Source: Trichinella spiralis (taxonomy: Eukaryota). From it: 64,000 nt of DNA. The notes under the pieces were generated by a model. It ran no database searches. It was given only the letters and a program-made list of their open reading frames with translations, and was not told where the DNA came from. Location: the NCBI RefSeq assembly GCF_000181795.1, contig NW_003526941.1, positions 3,594,472 through 3,658,471 of the forward strand, in the 5' to 3' direction. Positions 1 through 13,937 of this stretch are shown piece after piece. The translations under genes and the position numbers were made by a program. The stretch's first letter is position 1; each line of letters starts with the position of its first letter.

Positions 1-93
1 CTTGCTTTTTTGGAAATTGGAAAAATTTAAATGGTTGAGAAAAAGGATTTACTTCAATCAGAAAAAATTAGAAAAATTCACTATAAACCCTGG

Positions 94-602
94 TCTCACG
101 TTGCATGAATGCGTATTTGCCGAGATATTGCCAAAAATATTGCATGCTGATACGATTTTAGTGGGAGCAACAAGAAGCGCAATAAAATCCGCGCTTTTAA
201 TAATATGGAATATAATTCCATTTTATAAATATTTATGCAAAAAGTACGACTTATTTCCTCCAAGCAATGTTCGTGATCCTAATAACATTTGTACCTGAAA
301 TTCATTTTTGTCGTTCAGAAAGTTTCAAATTAAAAAAATTTTAATTACGCAATGTCATTGATTGCAGACAATATAGACATGAGAATTAATTAAAATGAAG
401 AGAATGAATTGCAGTTTTCTTGCAGTATTGCATTATTTCCCTCTATAAATGACACCGCTTGTATCAATGTCTTTCACGTTGAATGATTGCGTATTTGCCG
501 AGATATTGCATAAAACGTTGAATGATGATGTGATTTTAGTTGCGATGACTATTGCTGAATTTGAATATGTTTTCTTTATAATTATGAGCAATATACCGTT
601 TT
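94..602. repeat. Degenerate direct repeat, two copies of about 130 bp lying 378 bp apart (94-223 and 472-602)
   Basis: Both copies share CACGTTG-A/CATGA-TGCGTATTTGCCGAGATATTGC...GATTTTAGT. The + ORFs read LTLHECVFAEILPKILHADTILV and FTLNDCVFAEILHKTLNDDVILV, colinear up to IPF. Confidence 0.75.
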
Positions 603-3600
603 CTTTAACTTTTTTTATGACTTTTCCATGTTCTGTGCAAAATGTTTCTTTACCATTAACAGAATATATTCAGGTTGTACTTTATTTTTCTTTGTGTTGT
701 ACAGGCTATATGAACTTCTGAATTGTATATTATGGCAATACAGTAATAATTGTGGAATAACGTGCACTCAGATTGAGGACTGTTCAGTTCACATTCGGTA
801 CTGTTTGACATTTTACTATCAGTAATTATATTTTCTAGTATGAGATTTTCTCGAATTCTTCCCTAACAGAGTAAAGTGTGTATAGCTATGGGTGGTTAAT
901 TTTATGGAACGTACTATCTGTGCTATGAATGTATCTAATTTAATGTTTTTTGAAAGCCTTTGTATGTAGTAGTGCGAAACTGACATAGGGCTTGAAGTTA
1001 TGCGTGCTGAGATCGTGAAAACGTATATGCGTATAATAATAACGTACCTTTTAATTAAGGATAGTATTGCAGCTGAGACTGGAACGCGATTTCAGACTGA
1101 TGATCTTCACACTGCTGAACTGAATTACCACGAATATGATATTATTTAAGTGTCAAGTTCTAGTTCAATGATATGGAGTATGGCGTTCCCTTTGGTAATG
1201 TCACTTCTGTTTTACTCTTTTAATGAATAATAAGATGCGTACAATTGTACGCTTTACGAATTTGTTGTTTATTATGCTTTTATTGAATATTCATGCATTT
1301 ATATAGAACGTATTTCAGTTGCTGTTTGAATATACATTTGATGGTTACGGTTTTTATTATTGCAACTGGCTTTGTACTTTTGCTTTTTGTTACAGTTTTA
1401 TTAAATCTTTCTACAACTGTCGTTGAATTGTTGTAATATTGCTGTGATATGAGTAGCTGTCTTTTTCAAATTCATGGTGCTGACTTTAACATCATTAGTA
1501 GTTCAACACCGTATATGTAATTTAAAGAAATGTAAAGTTGATTTTTAACGAACTGAAGAACGTAAAAGAATAGATATCATGGAAGAATTGGTGGATTTTC
1601 AATAACTGTTATCTCTGTTAGTAATCTCGAACAATTCAGAGAGATATTTCACAGTGAATGATTAGTAATTCATAAATGAGTGTGCATAAGAGTATGTCGT
1701 GTAGTAAATACTGTGTGTGTAAAATTACACGCCGCGTTGTTTTGTTATTTTTGTTAGAAATGATTTCCACATTTCGCCCAAATTAAATAGTACCTTAAGT
1801 TTGTTTTCTCTTACAAAATCCAGTAATTATGCCGTTCATAATGCAGCTAATTTGTATAAATATTATATGAAAAAAAAATTTTCATGTAACCTGAAATTAT
1901 GCAAATAAATGCGACACGTCTTTTGAATCTGTAAAGGTTTAATGTTGTATGTAATTCAGGTACAACGTAAACAGTATTCTTCTTACTTTTTGCTTTGTTT
2001 CGAGATTCGTTGAAAAGTGAAAGCAAAATGGGCAGAGAATTTCAGCTGTTTTTGCTTATTCCAATTTCATGATACACCATCTTATAAATGAACGTTCAAT
2101 CAGATTTGTCAACTCTAAATTCTGTTTCTGATCTCACATTATACAATTATTATAACTGCATAATATCATATTTGAAAAACTTATGAGTTTCTGAAACGTG
2201 ACAAGCGCTGATCAGTAGTGCATGATGCATGAGAGAGTACAACTAAACGCCATGCAGATGAAGGGACATTAGAAGAATTAGGAAAAAAAAGGTCGTGTAG
2301 ATTCGGAGGAACCAGAAATCATGAGGCCAATACAATAAGGAGATGAGCATTTGCCTATAGCAAGATAATACAAGTTTTGACAAACATATAATGAACTATC
2401 AAAAAAAGTGTTTGATAAATGTGCATAACAGATTCTTTTATTAATTTCCTTTATAGTTGGGAAAGAGTTCATCCTAAAGACAATCGTTCTTGAATACTGC
2501 TTTTGTAATACAGCATCCCTCAGGTGTAAAATCCTTATTTACGTCCATTTTATTCATTGCTCACAATTCAGAAGTGATATACATATAAAATTATGCGTTT
2601 TTCTTACATGCTTGATGCCATTCTGAATTTATTTACTCCATAAATACCAAAATCGCTTCACTCTATTTGTAGTAATTTCCCATTAAACGATCGATTGGAC
2701 ACTGTTGAAAATTTATATGCATAAAACTTCCACATTAACGTCTGCGCATACCAACAAACAAATGAAACATTTTCATAATTCGTTACCATTTACAGCTATC
2801 TACTCATTTTTTCCATTGTAGTTATATCTGGAAGTTTGCGAAACTTCGAAGAAAAAATCCCATACAGCGACGCAGTTATGTAACATGAGCTTCTAAGTTT
2901 GTGGTTTTGCTGCCCAATAAAAATTTGTTTCTATCCTGTACTGCCATATTAAAACATCATCTCCAGAAATGCATTCAACAATTAAAAAAAGGAACTGCAC
3001 TGAAACAGGCAGATATTTGAGCATAAACAAAAGCTCGAAACTGAAAATTTTATTTCATGAAATGACTGTTTTTCATCGAAATGATTATATCGAACAACGA
3101 ATAATATAATCAAGTAATACTGAATATTAACAAAAATTGTGTTAGGAATTGGTTTCGACTAAAACTCAAATAATGTTAAATAAATTTAAAATTAAAAAAT
3201 AAATCGTTTTATTAGCATTTCAGTCGATTCATAGCCCTTTAGTTCTAAAAGAACCAAAATTTTTTAAGTACCCAAAAATGCTAAAAAAAAAAGTATTCTT
3301 GAAAATTCTAAATTAATAATAAACATCTTACGTATTTGTAATTTTACTAATTATTGCAGATCTCAATGAAATGCACAACAAAACTCCTCCGTAACTCAAA
3401 CCTGATATATAAATGATTTACAGCCTCAACCACTTCAAATAAACTGAAAACAGATGAATCGATCTAAAACTAAACAAAATTTCAACTTACCAAACTTAAC
3501 TAAATCTTTTCCTCATTCTGATTCATATTCATTTCCTGTTATTTTATAAAAAAGATGAATCATGTCCAAAAAAATAAAAGAAAATAAATAAAAGGCCAAT

Positions 3601-4625
3601 CAGTACTGATGTTTCGCGACTTTCCAGGAAAAAGGACTTGCATTCTGCTGTTGTGGCATACTATTAATCTGTAATTATGTCGAATGAAACTCAATAAGCA
3701 AACAGAATTCACTCCCATGCAAATTTTCATCTTCTTCATTTCTACTGATAATTATAAACCATACCCATTATTCAAGAGTCAATATGAAGGCAATAAATAT
3801 ACAGTGAGTCTAGATAAGGTACAAATTTCGCTTCATTTCATTGCAGTATAAGGATTGAAATTTCTGTATAAGGAATTCCTATCAAATTATAATTTTCAAA
3901 CTGACAATGAAATGATTTTATTAAATATCTGAAATGCTGAATAAATTAAAAAGAAAATATAAAATGCAATATGAACGTAAAAGTAAATTTCAGTTCTCTT
4001 TCTTTCTTCCCAGTTTCAGTTTTCAAAACAGAAAGTCAACCTGACTTACCATTTATGGTGTAAGTGTGCAAATCACATCTTTTCAATAATTCAAAATGCA
4101 AATTTTTCTTATAATATGATCATACTAATCAAAATGTTGCTTAAGTAATCAATCAAGAATAGTGTTAACATTCAAGTCTTGTTTATCAAGAAAATAAAAC
4201 AAAATCCGTCATTGTACACGAATTGAACGCGGCTTTGATGATCATTTGCAATAAAACTGAATTGAATAAAAACCATATAAAAATAAACTACCCATAATAT
4301 TACTTTATTTCTCTAATACCATATATTCGAAATACATACATTCTAATTTACATTGAAAAAATCATTTACTGCAATAGTATAATACTATAAAAATACTTAT
4401 GAAGAATATTTGTTGCACAACTATATGCAACAGTGCTTTGTTTGGCCACAAGTAATAAAAAAACACGCTTTACAAGTTAGAAACACAAACAAAAAAGGCA
4501 AAATAAAAAAGCAATATTTTTAATTAACAATTTTCAGAACAAATTTAGAAATATCATTAAAAGTTTTAAATATTTCAGGCTCTTTAAGCGGACCCAAAAA
4601 GTATAAGAGTATTGAATTAACAAAA

Positions 4626-5682
4626 TTAACAGTATGGAAGAAATCCGGGTAAATAGAAGCGAACACATTCGTTTTCAAAATAAACAAACAGCTTTAAACA
4701 ATTAATCTTGCAATCAGTAGGCTTTTTCTCATAAACAAAAAGCTAAAACAAAAAATATAAACAAATAAATATCATGCATCAAAACAATTAACAATATATA
4801 AATGGTCTCAACATGTAATTCAGTTTCACATTTCTTTTAACTGTGCATGCTACATCTTGAATTAAGGTTTAACAACTTTTTAAAATCAGTTCAAATTTGT
4901 TTCAAAAATTCTAAATGGCACGTAACAAAGTAAATACTACCAGTCGATATATATAAATAAATTATAATTCATTTCAAAAGAAGATGCAAAAATTAAAAAC
5001 TATTTACCTTGCAATGAACATTACGCCCAGTTCCAGTTTCCAAGGGCAACACTTGCAAAATCAAAGACGCTGTGTTAATACAGAAATTTGAAAAATCTTG
5101 AATTCTTCTAGAAGCCATTTCATCAGTAACCATTTTCATAACTAAGCAATGTCTATTGTCAACAAAAATAGACAGCTTAGAAATAAAGTTTACCAACGAA
5201 GACTGGAGAACTGGTAGTGCATGTAATGTAAAAATGCAGTCAATAACAATCAAAATAGATTGGTTTTCACATTGCATTATAGTCTGAAGTTGTTCGAGTA
5301 TTTTTTCAATCTCAGTTCTTAAAGAACACATAAATGTAGAATTTCGATCAGATGACTGCATTGGTAATTCGGACAATCGCTTTAAAGTGTCTATTACAGT
5401 AAATTGATCACTCTCAGAAATAGGCATATGCAATTTTTTCAATACAGTTTCATAATGGGATGAAGGGTTCTGCGTACACACCAGAAGAATTTTAGCATCA
5501 GCACGATAATACATTGAAATAAACTGATATAATAAAAAGGAACCATCTATTGTATGATCATCTTGAATGACTACAACTTTTCCATTTGGAAGACAATTTG
5601 GAGAAAATGCTAAGAAATCGTCCAACTGCGTATACATGCGTATAATGGAACTTATGCTTATGGCAGGGTTGAACTGCTCCAT
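4626..5682 (-). CDS. ELP6: Elongator complex protein 6; two exons (5682-5008, 4742-4626); start may be the second Met at 5637
   Basis: RecA-like ELP6 motifs GKVVVIQD..DGSFLLYQFIS, HYETVLKKL, ILIVID and LILQVLPLETGTGRNVHCK. Donor AAG|GTAAAT at 5007. An in-phase last exon reads LFVYEKK...FENECVRFYLPGFLPYC*. Confidence 0.85.
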
Positions 5683-6161
5683 AAAATGTTTACTTCACTT
5701 TCCCATTTGTTAGTGAAAGTCAAGTTTGATATTACTGTAAAGGAAATCACTGACATCAATTTAATCGTTTGTGAGATTTATATAAATTACTTTTATAAGG
5801 ATGTGGATAAAAAGCATGATCCGTATCACAGATAAACAATAATTAAATAATAAAGACAAAACAACTAATAAATATTTTATTAAAACAAAATTTATTTTTT
5901 TAACTACCATCCTTTAATCTATTCTGCATAATATTAATTTTTAAATTTTGCATAATATTAAATTTGAAATAAATAACATTTTGAATTCTATGAAGTTATA
6001 GAAACGGTGTCTACTGTATAAAAAACAATATCTTCAAACCTGTGTTTCACCTTTACACTACAGTAATGTACTATTACTGAACATTAAATTTTGAATTAGT
6101 ACTTTATTATCTGATGTTGAATATGTTTACTAATTTTTAAAATGTATTATTAAAATAAATA

Positions 6162-8724
6162 ATGGACAAAAGCAGCCAAAATTCTCCGTCAGAACAGATT
6201 CAAAGTAAGCCGTCAGTTTAACCTATAACTTATTTTTTGATAGACATTAAGTATGTTAAATAAGCTAATTGTAATGATTGGGTAAACACTTAATTAACAC
6301 AGTTTTCAGTGTTTATATTGTTGTATTTATTTGATTAATTGTAGGCAATTCAAAAAAAACCGCTAGAAGGTTTGATTTTGAATTACTTCTGAAAGAAACA
6401 ATACAATCGGCTGCTGATCGATGCGACAATGCTTGCGTTGATGAGGACTCCATTTCGGACGAAGATAGTCTAATTGGTCCGCCAATTCCAAGCGATACCC
6501 GTATAAATTTTTTAACAGTATTTTTCTTTACAATAATAATACGTTTTTAAGCTAGCACTTCACAAACATATGAAAGTATCGATAGCAGTAGTTCTGATGA
6601 GGATGAAGGCATTGAAGAGGATGAAGAAGAAAATAAAATTCCGTTATCACATGAGGCGGAGGTGAATCATGGAAGCAAACCAGTAAGAGTGTTTTATGTT
6701 TCGTTGCCTTTTTTTATTATAAATGTTGTTTTAAGGTATCTGCATTTGCTTTTGATGGTTCAGGAGCGAGATTTGCCTCCGGTGGATATGATTACAGTGT
6801 CAGTCTTTGGGATTTTGCGGGAATGGATGCATCTATGAAAAGTTTTCGATCACTGCACCCATTTGAATGGTGATACGCTTTTTTGTTTCCTTGTATATAA
6901 TTCAAAAGAAGTAACAATTTTAGTCATGTCATAAAGTCATTGGCTTTTAGCCAAACAGGAGACTCTATTTTGGCAGTTAGCGGAAGTGCTCAAGCAAAAA
7001 TATTAGATCGGGATGGACGAGAGCTGATAGAATGCGTTAAAGGTGATCAGTACATTGTGGATATGTCAAAAACTAAAGGACACATTGCGCAGTTAAACGG
7101 TGGTTGTTGGCATCCAACCTCAAGAAACGAATTCATCACATGCTCTGATGATGGGTAAGTATTTATATAACTTATGTCGTTAATTATTTTCAGGTATTCT
7201 TTGTTTAGAACTGTTAGGGTATGGGATTATTGCACTGCTAAGAAATCGCAATCTGCGGTTATTAAGACTAAAACTAAATCAGGACAACGTACAGTACCTA
7301 CTTGCTGCACCTTTAGCCGTGATGGAAAACTTGTTGCTGCAGGATGCAACGATGGTTCTATTCAGATGTGGCAGCATGGGAAACTTTATGTATTCTTTCA
7401 TAAATTATCCAAGAATATTTAAAAATATTTATCATGTAAAAATATTTTTAGGTGAACACTGCAAAATTAATACGAGACGCTCATAATAACGGTCACGATA
7501 TTACCTCATTGTCGTTTTCTTATGATGATGTGAATTTATTAAGCCGATCCAGTAAGTATTTTTTCTTGCTGATTAATATTGTTTATTCTTACACGTTTAT
7601 TACTATTTTAGTGGATGGAAGCTTGAAATTATGGGATGTTCGACTTCTGAAACATCCACTACATGTAGCAGAGGGATTGGAAAATATGTTTCCAAGGTTT
7701 GTTGTTCAATACTGATGTGTCAATTTTATTTTATATTTTCAGCTCTGCTTATATTATTTATTTATTTATTGTTTAGCACGGACTGTTTGTTCAGCCCTCG
7801 TAATGAATACTGTTTAACTGGTACAACACTGAAAAGACAGGGGCACTGTGTGGGCGATTTAGTCATATTTGAGAAGAATAGTTTTAAGGAAGTTAATCGA
7901 ATAGAATATCCAAAAGAGGCAAGTATTATTTATATTTCACTTGTTAATGAATTTTATGCACTTTTATTTCAAGGGTGTAATTCGAGTGGCTTGGCATCCT
8001 AGAATTAATCAGATATTTTGCGGAACTACAAGTGGAAAGATAAGAATTTATTATAATCCAAAAATCAGTAATCGTGGCGCTTTGATGTGCATCAGCAAAC
8101 CGATCAAACGGGTACGAGCCACGGATGCAGTATACGAGCCTTTTATCATTGCGCGTAAGTTTACCAGCTTGTTGGATTGGAAAATAATACGTTTTGGCAT
8201 AATGTACTTCAGCTAATTCGTTGCCTCCGCGAAAAGTTGGCCGTGATGGATTTGAGAAAGAACACTATACGTTGAGACAGATGCTTCGAGCTGTACGTTA
8301 CGCTCAGCGTCCCCCTCCAAAAAATAGAGTGCCCGAACTTCCTGTCAGTGGTCCCGGCGAACGGGGACGAATTGGAGCTGCCGGAAGCACACTGCATTCC
8401 TTTGTTGCAAGGCAGATGGGACTGTCAAGAAAAATAGATGATAACGAGGATCCTCGTGAAGCGATTTTGAAACACGCCAAAGCAGCTGAAGAAAATCCCT
8501 ACTGGGTAGCACCAGCATACAAGAAGTAAATTAAAAATTGTTAATTTTATCTGAAATAGTGGGTTTAATTGAAGGCTAGTTTTTGAATTTAACGTTTTAC
8601 CAGTTGCGTTAATTTCTGTTTGTTTTATTTAAGAACTCAGCCACATCCAATCCTAGCTAATAAAGTTGAAGAGGAGGAAGTCAAAGATGAATTGGAACCA
8701 GTTTATAAGCAGAAAAAAATGTGA
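6162..8724 (+). CDS. WDR70: WD-repeat protein 70 (gad-1-like), multi-exon
   Basis: Spliced exons give [84 protein letters not shown] and [29 protein letters not shown], all WDR70 hallmarks. Confidence 0.95.
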
Positions 8725-9227
8725 AAGGCGAATGGTATTTATTTTTGTATTACAGTGGCATTAATTTTGAATATTGCGAATTTCATTAATATATAAAATA
8801 GTTTATGTTAATTACCACACTTCACATTTATTTATATATTAGGTTACATATTATCCATTATAGCTATGAAATTAATGCATAAAGAATATAAAATGTATTA
8901 GCATTATTGCTTGTTTTTGTTGCGATTTAACGTGCTATTACATTATCCATAGAATGAAGAAAAGCAATAATCCATTTACACGATAAAGCGCAATAAATTT
9001 GTTCAACTTTCCAATACATATGATCTGCTTGCTAAACTCACTGTTACTTCTGTGTTTTTGAATTAAATAATCAAATAGATACCTACATTTATGAAGAAAA
9101 AACACTGATCATTACTTGGAAAGTGCAAATGTAGCGCTGTAGTTTCAGCAGTTAGAAGTTCCATATGATGAAGTTGCAAATTTCTAAGATGGCTTCACCG
9201 TTTCCGAGTTCGTAGCTATCCGTAACC

Positions 9228-10102
9228 TCATAATTCATCAATCGCTTTTTTCGTTAAATCTAACAAGCACAACATTACAAAAGCAAATTACATGCTAAAA
9301 CAAAAATATGGAATGATTAATTATAATCATAAATAATATAATGTTGCAGATAAATAATCATTTAGCACAGATTAATGGCATATTACATGCACATATATTG
9401 TTTCTTACATTAAATCGGAAAGAAATTGAAAAGTGTCATTTCACAATCACAAATGCAAGATATATTAAACTTTTGAAACATTTGCATTTTTTCTTTTTCC
9501 ATATTATAACTTCAAAAAAACAAAAAAAGTATTCCCCTACCATAAAGGATTTTTTTTGAAAAAATTATCCTACACTTTCAAATTATGGAACAGTAAACGG
9601 AACATTACTTACTACAGTAGTGAATGTTTTTAAGTAGAAATCATCCACTGTTATGGTAATTATGAAAAAAGATATAAAATTTTATGAAAGTTATCAAATA
9701 TGCCCAATGCCTTTAACATGAAATGTGATGTCAGAAATGTCCAGTTGTAATAATGATGATACGGAAGTCAAGTTTGAATCATTTGAAAAAGAATAGCCGT
9801 GCTGGAAATCGAAAGTGTTCGGTTTCTACAAAACATTTCACCTGTATCACCTTTAATAACAAGATAACAATAGATCTGCAACCTCATTTAAAGAGAACAA
9901 AGCTTTAGTAAAAACGTCACTTGATAGATCCTAAAAGAAATAAACATCAGTTGAAGAATATTTGTTGATTTACAAATTTCTGTAGACTCACACTGGCACG
10001 CTGTTCTGTAATCAAACTATGAACAGCAAGTTTCTCTTTCAGTACCGGAAACTTTTCAATTTCCTTAAGCAATACATCCCTGTAAAATATAGATTTGAAA
10101 GA

Positions 10103-10138
<36 letters not shown>

Positions 10139-12125
10139 GTTAATTCAATTTACTTTACAGCTTTCAAACGTGCTACTCGAACATTCGATGCTGCACAACC
10201 TTCTTTTAAATTTAAATAAGCATTTTGAAAAAACTCTAAAATTTCTTTCTTTGAAATTAAAAATTCAAATTCAAATTAATACTTCAATATAAATAACCTG
10301 CATCCAAAAATGGATCAGAAACAATTGCTTTCACGGATTCAGCAAAAAAGCTGATTATTATTTATTAATTTCACTTTACAGTAAGTGATAAATAAATAAC
10401 TTCATAAAACTTACTTATCCAAATTGAATCGTCCGTTACTGTCAGTTACCTAAATTATTAGATTGAAACCAAAACAAAAGAGGGTAAATAAATAAAAACA
10501 GAAAAAGATGCGCAAAATTTGCACGTCGAAACCTTTTCCCTAAAACACTTTGAAAGACCATCCAAAGGCAAAATGGTACCATCGTGTTTTCCATTTGAAA
10601 TTCTTGCTTCTAATTTCAATAAACAATCAGCCAACTTTTTCAAGCTTTCAAAGTAAATTTCACGCTAAATTGAGGAAAATAATTTTTCAAATTTGGAACA
10701 GCATACCAAAACGCTACCTCGCGAAGTGCGGAAGAAAATTGATAAAGAACATGATCAGCAATTTCTTTTACATCTTTCGCTTTCAGCGTTGGCAAATTGA
10801 GCCTTAATTTTTACATAACAATAGACGTTATCCAAAATTGAAGTGATTTTGTTTTGCTATGCTTTGGTCTTTTCAAAAATACTTTAAGCAGCTTTCATCG
10901 TTGACAACTGACGTCTTCACTTGTTCGGCCAATTTCGCAATATCACGTTCAACTTCTTCAATGCGTTGAATATGGCTAAATTATGAAACCAAAAATACAT
11001 CATACATACATATATATATATTATTGCAAAAAGTTGAAAAGCAAGCAATATCTATTTCACACACTCTTCCGCAGTTTTCTTTTTCAATTCCATTGTCTTC
11101 AGTTCAGCCAACAATGACTGCTGCATTGTAGACTGTTTTTCAGCCATAGCTAACCAGTCCAGTGCTTCGTTGGCTTTTATCGGAAATATGCAAATGTTCC
11201 CATCTGTTCATGTTGCAATTTTATTGATTAAAGCAAACAAGAAACAGTTTTGAAAAATTTACAAGTTTCCCAGGTGCACTTTAGCAAAGCTATTGTACTG
11301 ATTCGAAGCAAAATATCCATAAAAAATGGAGAAGTTGTTTCGCACAACACTGACGGTATGCAATTCCAAATAAAAATATTTGGCAATGCCTTTAAAATAA
11401 AATAATAAAATAAAATCATATCTGTAACAGAGCAGAAGATAAATTTAAAGCAATACTTTCTGACAATCAGCTAACCATTTATTACTAAAAATAAGAAACT
11501 GCATTTCATCTTTTCTAGTAATAACTGGCCAACATCCTCTAGAAAAATTAAATATAAATAAACAACTAGCATTTGAAATTTAAACAATAAATTAATCAAG
11601 CGCAATGAAAAAACCGTATAAATATGAGAAAAAAAACTTACACATTGAGGTGCAAAGGATCTTGAAAACCGTGAATATGACATATCAAAGCAAACAAGAA
11701 ATTGTAAAAATCTCTTCTATCAATTTTTTCAAATTTTCTAAAAAAATTATCAAATAAATTGCAAAAACAATCTGCTAAAATTTAACCAATACACGCGTGT
11801 TACTGTGGTACATTTACGTATGATAAATTTCTGTCTTGCTCAAAAATTTGTTCAAGTACAACTATCTATCAAAACGACCACTTCGTATTCTTATTTGTAA
11901 TGCTTGTTATGTATAAATGTAAACTTACTTTAAATCCATTTTGTACGGTTTCACTGCATCATGTTGAAAAATATTAAGTAAAGTCAAATTTTTAAAAACG
12001 CAGCATACAACTTCTTCATCCAAACAATCACTGAACAATCACAAACAATTTAAGCAAGTTCTTTTTTCAAAAATATCTTCGTATATGTTTTCAAATCTTG
12101 AAACTTACTATCTTTTTGAAGCCAT
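9228..12125 (-). CDS. HAUS6: HAUS augmin-like complex subunit 6 (Dgt6)-like protein, more than 10 short exons; 3' end uncertain (about 9230-9700)
   Basis: GT-AG in-frame splicing from ATG 12125 gives MASKRYDCLDEEVVCCVFKNLTLLNIFQHDAVKPYKMDLKKFEKIDRRDFYNFLFALICHIHGFQDPLHLNVGCWPVITRKDEMQFLIFSNKWLADCQKALPNIFIWNCIPSVLCETTSPFFMDILLRISTIALLK followed by coiled-coil. The spacing matches the HAUS6 N-terminal domain pattern (F-D/E-K..F, CWP....K....F......W, S.......P.F..L). Confidence 0.7.
10107..10133. repeat. (TA)n microsatellite in a HAUS6-like intron
   Basis: Run of about 13 TA units. Confidence 0.9.
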
Positions 12126-12937
12126 CAGAAAATTTACCGCACGTAGAAACAAATGAGCCCAGCAAACTGAAGCGATGCAAATTTTGTCATAAACGTCACC
12201 ATAACACACAATTTATCAATTTGAACAATTTCAAGTAGAAATATAAAATATTTGCATATCATGATTTCTATTCATTCTACAGGGATCATTTTAAAAAATC
12301 GTAAAAGTTAAATTCCCCAATTGTGAAACTAAATTTTGAATTCGTAACATAAAGAAAAGCATAAAAAAGCAAATTCAGGTTCCGTTATTTTAACATTGTA
12401 AGCTTCCATTAAATTAGAAGTTACAGAATTCCACTAGTCTTCATTAAATAATTTCATTTCTAACTAATTAAAAATTTTAAATTAAATTTATTAATAATAT
12501 TTTAAACTTAAATGTGTGCTTACTCAAAGAAAACGATAAAAAATTATCGCAGAATTATTGAGTGTTATAAAACTTAACCGTACAATTTACAAAAATGCAG
12601 GTTGTCAGAACACCTACTACTGAACTGCTGACTTTGGCAAAAAGCCAGAAATACCTGTAGAGTGCTTTGGTCGCTGTTTCTATTGGTTTTTAGTTATTAA
12701 AGTAAACTGCATTATTATTTACAACAGTTTCTATAATTTTCAGCGATTATGTGCATAAACAAAAATTTTAAGGTAAACTTATCCATCGTCAAGCAAAATA
12801 TTAATGTAGTAGAATTAAAAGTCTGTACCAAAGTGTATCGTTTTACTTGCTTTCCACTTCATATAAAATGTATTACTTCTGAATTGTTAATAACACGAAG
12901 CACAGCATCACTTTCAGTTGCGAGATTTATGTTCACT

Positions 12938-12995
12938 TTAACTTTTCTACAATGATAGATTTCAACTGTTAACTTTTCTACAATGATAGATTTCA
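12938..12995. repeat. Tandem duplication with 31-bp period
   Basis: TTAACTTTTCTACAATGATAGATTTCA occurs identically at 12938 and 12969. Confidence 0.9.
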
Positions 12996-13937
12996 GAGAA
13001 AATTTGTATTTTGTTCTTTCTGTGTTATCTTCTGTGCTTTACCTTTAAGCATCTAATTGTCCGAATCTCCGTATTATTTAGAAATATAGCATTGTTTTGC
13101 CATTGGGAAAATTGTTACATTTTTCTATCATTTTATCTTTCAGATAGATGCAGATAAATTTAAATTTAATATTACATTTTAAATAAATAGTGTTACTTTC
13201 CTGTTTATTTAAATACATAAAATATTTTTCAATTCTTTATTATAGTTTTGTTTTCATTACCGTATTACATGAATGCAAGTTCGTGTAAATGTAACGAAGA
13301 GGAAAGTGAATTTTTTTTATAATTATTTATCAATTTTTATTAATAAAATTGTTTTATATAACATTTATTGTCTATACTTATAAATTCAAAACTGTTTCTA
13401 AACATGTATTTTAGTAAAATGAATACCTGTTTGGGTAATGCTAAATGCATAACGTCCATTCTGTCCATATGATTTTCCTCATTCGAATTTCCACGTTTCT
13501 TTGAAATAGGTCATATTAGCGACGTCATATTTGCGTTGTTCATGTAGATGCAATTTGCATACACGAACAACAGGATAGGAATTTCAAACTGTATTGCTTT
13601 CCAAGAAGGTTTATTTTGATTGATGATGATGTTTCATGTTTATGTTATCATATTTCATTGTTATTATTAATATTCTTGTTGTTCTGTCCTCTTCTTGCAC
13701 GAGTTAATTATTAAACTAGTATAGTTTTATACGATTGCCTGTTCATGTAATATTAAGTCGAATGAATTGTGACAAGTGGAAATGCGTGAAATTGGTCACA
13801 ACGAGGAAACAAGTTCTCTTTAATGCAGTTACATTAATATCGATTATTATTTTAGTAACTGGGTTGTTTAACATTAGGTTTGGTTGAAATTCGAGTCTTG
13901 AAGAGCTGAAATTTTACTTTTAAAATTCATTATCAAC

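Noticed and set aside
1500..2480. Coding-like fragments (e.g. TEERKRIDIMEELVDFQ*, GRVDSEEPEIMRPIQ*)
   Set aside because: Frequent stops and no recognisable domain; possibly a decayed gene or transposon, but this cannot be supported.
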